Shown: piece after piece, positions 40,507-49,230 of the stretch
Numbering within the stretch: the first letter of the stretch is position 1
How the letters are laid out: the number at the start of each line of letters is the position of its first letter
Source: Thraustochytrium aureum
Lineage: Eukaryota
Direction of reading: 5' to 3'
NCBI GenBank assembly: GCA_012862495.1
Contig: BLSG01000080.1
Location: 118,673 to 182,672 of the forward strand
Length of the DNA: 64,000 bases
Position numbers and translations under genes: made by a program
The notes under the pieces: generated by a model
The model's database searches: none
Told to the model about the DNA's origin: nothing
What the model saw: the letters and a program-made list of their open reading frames with translations, nothing else

Positions 40507-41112
40507 CCCGCGAGACGCGGGCTGCAGCAGCGCGGAGGACTGGACCAGCAAGCGCTGTTTGACTTCGCGGTGACGACCAAAGAGGGCCGCGTGCTCTACG
40601 TCGTGTGGGTGCAGGAGGCCCTCGTGCTGCGGGTCGCGCAGGCCAGCGCGGTGGAAGAGCTCCAAGACCGCCTTGCATCCTGCGCTGCGGCGCTCGATGG
40701 CCTTGATCAGCACGAGCGCAGGAAGGCCCAAGTCGTGGTTCTTCTGCCACGACCAGCAGCGGCCCTCAGCACCTTCGGGCTTTTGCAATCTGCTGTTGTT
40801 CAAGCCGAAGCGCGGTGCGTTCCGCTTGGCCTGAACGTGGCTTCGCTCTGCGGGGCGTTGCGGTACCTGCAGCAGTGCGTCTCGCGCCCAGTCATGCGAC
40901 AGCTGCCGCCAGACTCGGCATCCCTGCAGCTCAAGTCCTGTCTCGCGCTTCCTGGCATTGGCGAGCAGACAGCGACCCAGAAAATATTTCCACATTCGCG
41001 CAACCTGCGAATGCTCGCACTGCAGCTCGCGAGTGGGGATGCCGTGTTGTCCTCCGCGGTGGGCCATGGCGTCATGGAAGCGCAGCGCGAGTTTTTTGCA
41101 AGGCCGCTTTGA
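40507..41112 (+). CDS. FAAP24-like ERCC4(XPF)-fold + HhH2 protein (start in gap)
   Basis: DFAV....RVLYV, VVVLL, NVASL..A..YL, HhH ALPGIGEQTA, and C-terminal VGHGVMEAQREFFARP, which mirrors the FAAP24 ending (VG.AVAQQIHAFF..P) as recalled. Confidence 0.65.
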   Translation, partial: PARRGLQQRGGLDQQALFDFAVTTKEGRVLYVVWVQEALVLRVAQASAVEELQDRLASCAAALDGLDQHERRKAQVVVLLPRPAAALSTFGLLQSAVVQAEARCVPLGLNVASLCGALRYLQQCVSRPVMRQLPPDSASLQLKSCLALPGIGEQTATQKIFPHSRNLRMLALQLASGDAVLSSAVGHGVMEAQREFFARPL

Positions 41113-41518
41113 TGACGAATGGCGAAACGGAGGCGGCCCAGCACGCACCCCTCGGGCGGCGAGCGCCGGCGAGCGTGCCGACCAGGTCTAGCGGTCGTGG
41201 CTCGCCTCGCCTTTCGTGCGTGAAGACCTGCAGGCGCACGCATCTCGGGCGACCATGAGCACCGCGAGAATCGCACTGCGAGGATCGCGCCGCCGGAATC
41301 GCACTGCAAGGATCGCAGCGCCGCAATCGCGCCGATATTCCCGGCGCACGCGGCACAGTCCCCGGCCAAGGCCCTCCTTCCAAGTCACCAATTCGCAGCA
41401 CACACCCTCTCCGCGGCGTCACAGTTTGTTTGTGAGCCATGCCCCCATCGTGCAATCTGAACTGCAAGCGCCGCGGCGATACAAGAATCGCCACCGCCAG
41501 AACAGATCTCAAGCGCGC

Positions 41519-41607
41519 GCTGCTGCTGCTGCTGCCAGTGCTGCTGCTGCTGCCAGTGCTGCTGGTGCTGCCAGTGCTGCTGCTGCTGCTAGTGCTGCTG
41601 CTGCTGG
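41519..41607 (+). repeat. Interrupted (TGC)n microsatellite
   Basis: (gct)n interrupted by ccag/ctag. Confidence 0.85.
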
Positions 41608-42005
41608 TCATCGGCTGTGGACAGCATCGTGAGCTGGTCGGTGGTCTGGAGCAACTTGAGCCCACTGGCAACAAGCCTGCGAAACACTTCACGATTGATG
41701 TGCTGTACTGAGTAGAGTACCTACTCTACTACCTCCTCCATGGGTTGAGATAGTTTCCCACTTTGATCGATAGGGAGAGCAAGAGCCACGCGGTGTTCGT
41801 TTTGTGACGAGGGCAGCAGAGGAGAAGCGCGCTGGGCGGCGATTGTCCTGCCCGTGCAGTGTCGCGAGCGCCAGGCACCCGCGCAGACGCAACGCAGCAG
41901 CGCTCGACGGAGAGCCGTCCTGCGGCGGCCGGCGGCCTGACAGGCAGCGAGGAGACCGTCCAGAAATCGCCCACTCGCCCCGTGAAACGCCCGCTCCGAG
42001 CGAGG

Positions 42006-44887
42006 ATGCCGCGCCCTGCGCCGCGTGTGTGGGCTGGGCTCTGCGCTGCGCTCGCGCTTGCAGCGGCGGTGGCCGGCCAGGGGGACGGGTCGAACAGGGG
42101 CGTGCCGGAGGAGTGGGTGGAAGATGCCTCGCTCTACATGGCGAGCTGGTCCGTGAACAGGTACGTGGAGGAGTCCTGCACCTCGTTCAATCCGTCCAAG
42201 CCCTGGCTGTCCTGGCAGTCAGCCTCGGCGTTCTGCCAGAAAATTGAGAGGGGCTTCGTCTTCGACCTCAACAAGGAGCAATTGCTGGATGATGGAGGTT
42301 CGTTCGCCAGGGCCAAGTTTATGCGCGGCTTCTGCGTCAAGCCAACCCCAACAAGCATCACGAGAGACCTCCATATTGAAACCTTCAAGGACGCCAACGG
42401 GTGCGACAAGGACGCAGCGGAGACCTTCGTATTCGAAGGCCTCACCCTGGCGCGGATCTCGACCGCGGGCAAGATTGAGAAACAGACAGCCAACAACTCA
42501 CTGGTCGAGATCGTCGTGTCGGAGCGCGTGTTCGAGACCTGCTTTCCCAAAGCAGTCGACCCGAGCGGGGCGATCATCTCAGAATTCTTTCATACCGTGA
42601 GCTGCATCGAGGTGGAGCAGATACCGTTGCGAAGCGGGAACAGGGGCCGTCTCCGGGCCCTTGCCGGTGACCAAATTCCGGTACACTCTGAGCTGCGCCG
42701 CGCGCTCCAAGACGGAAACAACGAGACGATGCAAACTATGCCGCCAATGCTCCGGCTCAAGCAGGTCAAGCAAGGCGGTGTCCAGTCGGGGACGATCAAC
42801 TGTGATTCGTCTTCATGGAACGGGTCTGGGCCGTTGCGGGACGTTCTGGTTGGTTCCTCTACCTACGGCCAGGACGTAGTGTTCACCGAGAACAAGTGCG
42901 CCTCCGTCCTGCTGAGCAACGGCCAGGTAGTTTCGTTCAAAGGCAGTTGCGACGCCGTCGCCGAGTCAGCTCAACCTGCCTCGCTCGCTGTTTGGTACGG
43001 GAGCTGCGAACAGGGCAACGAGGCAGCGCTTGCCAAGAAGGAAGAGCAGCAAGGCGAAACGTGCTTGGTCAGCGAGTTTGCGGACGAGCCGCCAACTCCA
43101 GGCAACTCGGCCCCGCAAGCGACCGTAGCCTTCGCCGCGACATGTGAGTACGCTCCGAACGTGACGAAGGTGGATGAAGGCAACGACAACAACAACAACA
43201 ACACAAAGGAAGGGAGCGGAAGTGAAGGCGACGAGACGCTTCCAACGTCCAAGCCCATCATCGTTGGCTCTCCTGCAAACGACCTTGGCGGAATCCTCAT
43301 CGCCATTCTCCCTATCGCAGTCGTTTTTGCTTTCGTAGTTTACGTTTGCATCACGCGCCGAAACGATAGGGACGAGGCCAGGAGCAAGGGTTCGCTGCAC
43401 GGTCGAAAGCAACCCGCGGTCGGCTCCGGCCAGGTCACGCGCACGGCCGAGATCAACACGGGGCTCGGTTTCTCACTTGCGATTGGAAAAGTCCAGGGAG
43501 GTAGGGGTGCCACCACAGGGCCAGAACGCGGCGACGACGACGACGCGAGCACTGACCTCGAGGGATCAGGGGGGCTTGCCGGGTTCTCTGTGGGCTCTGA
43601 CGGGCTTGCGGATTCCCGGGAGTTCGCCATCGACGCGCGCGAAGTCGAGCTCGGCAAGCTCATCGGCAAGGGGGCCCATGGAAAGGTCTACGAGGGCACC
43701 TTCCAGGGCAGCGCGGTGGCTGTCAAAGAGTTTCTTGGCGGGCGGTCGAAAAAGTCGTTTGCTCGCGAGCTCCGCAACCTCCAGGCGCTAAAGCACCCGA
43801 ACGTCATCCGACTTTTTGGAATGGTGGTCCAAGATACGCCGCCGACTGGAACACGCCGCATGCTCGTGATGGAGCGCGCCCAGTACAGTTTGGCCGCCTT
43901 TGTGGCCTCGCGGGGCCAACGGCGCGCACCATTCGAGAACGGGGCCACGATCACCACGCTTCTTCAGTGGGCGCAGCAAATATGCTCCGGGTGCAGCTTC
44001 ATCCACTCGAAAAACCTCATCCACTTTGACATCAAGCCGGAGAACCTCCTCCTGGACGGCGCGTGGAACATCAAAATCTGCGACCTCGGCATTTCGCGCA
44101 CAGTCAAGAGCGCAGTGCGCGCGCCTCGACCAACGGGCAGGAGGGAGNNNNNNNNNNNNNNNNNNNNNNNNNNNNNNNNNNNNNNNNNNNNNNNNNNNNN
44201 NNNNNNNNNNNNNNNNNNNNNNNNNNNNNNNNNNNNNNNNNNNNNNNNNNNNNNNNNNNNNNNNNNNNNNNNNNNNNNNNNNNNNNNNNNNNNNNNNNNN
44301 NNNNNNNNNNNNNNNNNNNNNNNNNNNNNNNNNNNNNNNNNNNNNNNNNNNNNNNNNNNNNNNNNNNNNNNNNNNNNNNNNNNNNNNNNNNNNNNACCAA
44401 GGCCGTTGACGTCTACTCGTTCGGCGTGGTGCTCTGGCAACTCTTTCACTCTGGGCCCCCGCACCCGGCTACGTGGACCCTGATTCGCCTCCTCACCGAG
44501 GTGACGGACAAGGGCTACCGCCCTCCAATTGACGACGTTCTTCCAGATGCTTTGGCCACCTTGCTCAAGGCATCCTGGAGCGCCCAGCCAACGGCCCGCC
44601 CGAGCTTTGATCGCCTTGTCAGGGAGTTTGATCATCTATTGGGACCTCGCTCTGTCGACGTTGCTTCCAAGCTGGCAGGGCGGCCGCCGTTTGAGAAGGG
44701 GCAAAAGGTTTTCGTGTGGGACCATGCCAACTTGCGCTTCCTGTCGGCCGATGCAGCCGTTGTCAAGGAGAACGCGAATGCAGACGGCTCTTTCGTCGTT
44801 CGGAGTGAGGCAGGGGAGACTGCCGTCATGCCGCAGGACCTCTTGCTGTGCACCAAGCTGCTCCACACCTACAACGTGTCGGACTGA
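42006..44887 (+). CDS. Receptor-like protein kinase (TKL-like): signal peptide, Cys-containing ectodomain, single TM, kinase domain; probable intron starting near 44115 and running into the gap
   Basis: Hydrophobic leader, TM ILIAILPIAVVFAFVVYVCI followed by TRR, IGKGAHGKVY, VAVK, HPNVIRLFG, IHFDIKPENLL, DLG, DVYSFGVVLWQL, RPSF. Confidence 0.92.
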
Positions 44888-45497
44888 TGCGTGTGCCCGG
44901 CTGCCAGCATCGAGAGTCGCCTCGGGAAGTTGGTTTTTGTTGTGTTGCCTTTCTTTGGCGATTGTCTATGATTTTGATTTTTCAATTGATGTGAATTCTT
45001 CTCCGTCTGGTCACGGCGCTGCCACCGTCGATAGGGACGTCGAGGCGGCAGCCCCAATGCGGCCCCACCAGTCTTTCTGGCATCTTAATTAAAAGAGGTG
45101 TTGACGAATTTTTAAAGGACGAAACAGTCGTCGGGTGACGCCGTTGTTGACAGCTTTGCTTCGCGATCCTGGCGCTGTGACAACACGGCCAAGTACTGAA
45201 GAACCCGCACTGTTGTCGAGTCTGCGCGCGTTCTATTCGACGCCCGACGTTACGTGCTCCTTGGCCGAATGACGCGGGGCGTGGATGGAGGAGTGAACGC
45301 GTATCATCTCCTGCGCGGTTTGCGCATTTTCCCGTCCCAGCGGAATCAGCTTGCTGGATCGCTGGGGTTGCTTGGCCAAGTTGACGTGCCCCGAAGAACG
45401 AATTTCGCAAGTGAACGGGCGTCAGCCGCATCGGCTGGAGGGGCGTCACACTCCCTTCGCTAGGGAGGAAGGAACCGGCTGACGCTGCCAGATGCCA

Positions 45498-45605
45498 CCT
45501 CTATCGAAGCCGCTTGCGAAGTCGCCTCTATCGAAGCCGCTTGCGACGTCGCCTCTATCCAAGCCGCTTGCAAAGTCGCCTCTATCTAAGCCGCTTGCGA
45601 AGTCG
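45498..45605. repeat. 27-bp tandem repeat, 4 copies
   Basis: cctctatc(g/g/c/t)aagccgcttgc(g/a)a(a/c)gtcg at 45498, 45525, 45552 and 45579. Confidence 0.95.
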
Positions 45606-48288
45606 GGGCAACCGTCGCTCCGCCGGGATGCGCCGCCGCAGACCCGTCCGAGCTGCTCAGCGAGATCTGGCGGCGCCCAAGCTTGGCCTGCGGCCCAGCG
45701 GTACTACTAGCGCTGCCCCGCCGATTCGGCTTGTCAGCCCCGGCCGTCCCACACGATGTGGAGTTGCGCAGCGCGCCGACCCACCAGTTGCGCTCGGCCC
45801 CGTCGTAGGCGCGCAGAGTAATGAGCTGCTTCTGGTGTGCCTTGTGCGAAATGAATATGTGTGCAGAGTAAGCCGGCTCGACCTTGACCCCAGTGAGCGA
45901 AACTGTCTCGCGCACTGTACTCGAATCGTACTCGAACAATTCAAGCTTGGTAGGATGAACAACCGCGTAGCGCTTGACCCAGTCTTCCACCTTTTTGGAC
46001 CGCTGCTGACGCACCCAGATGGAGCCCGCGTCGACGTGCTTCGCTCGAGTCTGCGACGTGAACGCCTCCACCCAGCGCAACCGTTCCGGCTCCGATTCGA
46101 ACGCAACCCAGATCGAGTGCCCAGCACCACTTGTTTGCATTGCCTTTGGCATTTCGGAGACAACGGAAGCGCTGTCGAGGTGGCTCTCCGCCAAACTCTC
46201 AATCTCGCTGTCGCTCGGATGCGAGCTAAAGCTGCTGCGGCTTATGGTGCTGCCACTCAGCGTCGAGCCCGTGCTGTGGCAGGCGGAGCCGTCAGCGTCC
46301 AGGGCAAGAGCGCCTCGGTCGCGCTCCACGAGCTGCACCTTGTAGAATGCCTGCCCTCGCTTGATTCCGCGCCCCGTCGCCACATCTGTCTCGGCCACAC
46401 CTGGATTGCGCTTTTTGAGCCACGCCAGCATCGAAGTTCGAGCATCTGCAGCGTTGTCGCTCGCAGCGCTTGGGCGACGAATCACGCGAATCTCGCTGCG
46501 CCCTACATGGATCGTCGAAATGGGGCGAAAGGCCAGCTTGGGCTCGTTCACCGTCGCGCTCGTAGTACCGCCGTTCCGCCGCTGCTCATCCACAAAATAC
46601 GAGTACTTTTGCGCATCTGACTCGCCTCGAAACACGTACAGCTCCCCGCCCGCGAAAACGCAAAACCTGCTCGCCCACTTGCCGCTTTTGCCTCCCTTTG
46701 CGGGCAGCTGCGCAAGCACCGCGCCTTTCATCGCGCTTTTCCACTCGTCGCCGCAAAAGCTGGCCACTGCCGAACCCGAGCTCGACGAGGAGAACAGCTT
46801 CTTCTTTCGGCCGCGGCTTGACGTGCTCATTCTCGCAGTGCTGTCTCGGCTGTGCGAACTGCACGAGCCACTGCGCCGCGATAACGACATTGACATCGCG
46901 TCGTCCACTGGCCCAGCCCCCGTCCCGGCGGCGAGAATTGCCTTGAGCGTGAGAGCCTGCCCGGCATCTTGAGCCGCTTCACCTTGGTCCAGATCGGTTC
47001 TAGTCCCCCCGTCCGGCGATGCAGGAGCGACGGGGGCTGCGCGAGCTCGCTCGCGCATGAGAGCAGGCAAAAGCGGTGGTGGCACCGCCGCCTGCGCGGC
47101 TGATTCGGGCTCGACGCCTCGGTCTTGCGCTGCACGTTCTGTTGCCGACGGGCTGCCCTCGCCCGTGCTGGCGATGCCGTCGTCCTCCTCGTCCTCTTCA
47201 GCAATCGCTGCGTCATGCACGGCTGGGCCGCCGCACTCGGCGTCCTCCAGGACCAAGTCAAGGTCGAGGTCCAGCGTCTCCGTGGAAAAATTTGAGCTGA
47301 AAGACATGGTCGAGGCCTCTTGTCGCGTCGCTACCGAGCATTTGCTGGAAAAGCTGGCCATCGCAAGCGACGTCTCTGTTGCATCACCGGCCCTGCTGCA
47401 CGCTGTGCAAATCTCAAAGGAGCAAGCGTGCGTGCACTTGCCTGAGAGCTCCCTGCACCTGACCTCAAGGCGCTCGAGATTCTCTGCACAAACCTTTCCG
47501 CAGTACCCAGCAATGTCAATCCTCCCGTCGGCATTGTCGATTTCGCTTGAACCGGTTGAGGGCGCGCTTTTCACGTGCTGGCGGCCCTCGTCATGTGAGC
47601 GATCTTCTGCTGCAACCTGGGAGGACTTGCTACTGTCCGCAGGATTTGCGGAGCTCCGCTCGAATTTGGACTCGATCTCAACGCGCAGTGCTTCGAGCTG
47701 CCGCTCCATGCACGCCATCAGAGTTTTCGTCTCTTGCTCGTTCGCACGCACGTACTCTTGCAGCTGCTCCTCGTTCACCTTTTTCAGAGACTCCATCTCT
47801 GCAACGTGCTTGTCAGCCAGGTTTCGCAGCTCTTCTTCGTGTTCCAGCGCTGCGCGCGCCAGGCTGGATTTTAGTCTCGTGATTTCGGTATCCCGGGCGT
47901 CTGGGCCACAGTTCAGCTCGGAACCCGCTTTATCGCTGGTGAGCCTGCTCGTGAGCTGCTCGATCTGCATGTCCTTTCGCTGCACTTCATACTGGAGCTT
48001 GAACTTTTCGTCCTCGACCCTAGAGAGCTCCGCCCGCACTTCGCTCAAGTCCTTTTCAATCTGGTGCGAACCTGAGGCCTGCGCTTCGCGTAGCGCGGCA
48101 ACCTCGGCCTCCAAGCTCTTGTTCCGGAGTTTGATTCGGTCCAGTAGCTCGGCTTGCTTCGTCTCTTTGCGCACAAGCGCTTGGCCCAGCCTGGCAGCGA
48201 GCTCGAGCTCTTCATCCTTGGCCTTGATCAGCGCTTCGAGGTCGTAAACCGTTTTGATTGGCTCGTCCGCCTCATTTGTGGAGCTCAT
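45586..48288 (-). CDS. Long coiled-coil protein with a CC1-box-like motif and two C-terminal PH domains
   Basis: KDEELELAARLGQALV then about 200 aa of heptads. PH1: KWASRFCVF..ELYVF...FESEPERLRWVEAF. PH2: DWVKRYAVV...LRAYDGAERNWWVGAL. Confidence 0.85.
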   Translation of the reverse strand: MSSTNEADEPIKTVYDLEALIKAKDEELELAARLGQALVRKETKQAELLDRIKLRNKSLEAEVAALREAQASGSHQIEKDLSEVRAELSRVEDEKFKLQYEVQRKDMQIEQLTSRLTSDKAGSELNCGPDARDTEITRLKSSLARAALEHEEELRNLADKHVAEMESLKKVNEEQLQEYVRANEQETKTLMACMERQLEALRVEIESKFERSSANPADSSKSSQVAAEDRSHDEGRQHVKSAPSTGSSEIDNADGRIDIAGYCGKVCAENLERLEVRCRELSGKCTHACSFEICTACSRAGDATETSLAMASFSSKCSVATRQEASTMSFSSNFSTETLDLDLDLVLEDAECGGPAVHDAAIAEEDEEDDGIASTGEGSPSATERAAQDRGVEPESAAQAAVPPPLLPALMRERARAAPVAPASPDGGTRTDLDQGEAAQDAGQALTLKAILAAGTGAGPVDDAMSMSLSRRSGSCSSHSRDSTARMSTSSRGRKKKLFSSSSSGSAVASFCGDEWKSAMKGAVLAQLPAKGGKSGKWASRFCVFAGGELYVFRGESDAQKYSYFVDEQRRNGGTTSATVNEPKLAFRPISTIHVGRSEIRVIRRPSAASDNAADARTSMLAWLKKRNPGVAETDVATGRGIKRGQAFYKVQLVERDRGALALDADGSACHSTGSTLSGSTISRSSFSSHPSDSEIESLAESHLDSASVVSEMPKAMQTSGAGHSIWVAFESEPERLRWVEAFTSQTRAKHVDAGSIWVRQQRSKKVEDWVKRYAVVHPTKLELFEYDSSTVRETVSLTGVKVEPAYSAHIFISHKAHQKQLITLRAYDGAERNWWVGALRNSTSCGTAGADKPNRRGSASSTAGPQAKLGRRQISLSSSDGSAAAHPGGATVAPTSQAA

Positions 48289-49230
48289 GTTTGGCCCTTG
48301 AATCCGAGGCGCGTTGCTCGCGTCGTGCACGGCAAGCAAGAGCCCGCAACGCTCGCGCGGTGCTCCGCTCGCAGGCAAGCTGCCCAAGCTCGCGTGATTT
48401 CGCCGCCGCGCGCGACGTCCTCTTCTTTTCTTCGCCCAAGCTGCTCAATGCAAGCGCAGCGCGAGTTTGCTCGCACAATCGCACAATCGAATCACCAAGC
48501 TTTCGGCGTCTGTGCAATCATGGACTGCCGCTGGAAGGGGTGGTGGCGGGGGCGGGGAGGCGGCCCTGACCGTGCCACTGCACGTCGGATGGTTTATCGG
48601 TTCCTTTGTCCCTTTCCTCCTAAGAAGGAGAGACCCAGCGCTTCGTTTCGGGCGATTCCACGAGCCTGAGACCAACCAGCCACATCGACTGGCCTCCTTC
48701 CTCTGCGGCAGAGCCCATGGAAACTCGTTCATGGTGGTTGGCAAAACGGAGTCCTTGCCGAAACGGTCTGCTGCTCTCGCTCACCTTGCGCACGTGAGCG
48801 AAGGGGGAGCGACTGGCGCAATACCGATTTGCCTTGTAGAGGTGGGATGGTTTTGCGAAAGCGCTCGCGGGTGGGCGAGCTGCTCTGGAGCCCTTGCTGG
48901 GGATTGGGACCACAAACGCCACAAACGGTTCCAAGCCCCTCTATTCCGTCCACAAATCCGCAAAACCGGGAGAACCAAGAGTTGCAATACGATTTTTGGC
49001 ATGCAGGCGGGCGATCGGAAAACCCCACTACCGGAGGTGGATGATCCTCGCATAGAGCGCAACGGAGCGTTTTCGGAATGCGGAAGATCGTGGTGCCGCC
49101 GCACAAGCGCAAAGGGCGCGCGAATTCAAACCACGGGGCCCCCTTCGGCCTTGCAGCGCTCGAGCGAGCGCTTGTTCGAGCATGGTCCGATCGACGCAGC
49201 GCGCCCAAACCACGAGTAGAGTACGACGGA

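Noticed and set aside
45498..45605. CRISPR-like array (also considered for 38195-38288 and 11406-11556)
   Set aside because: The repeats are head-to-tail with no unique spacers, there are no cas genes, and the context is eukaryotic.
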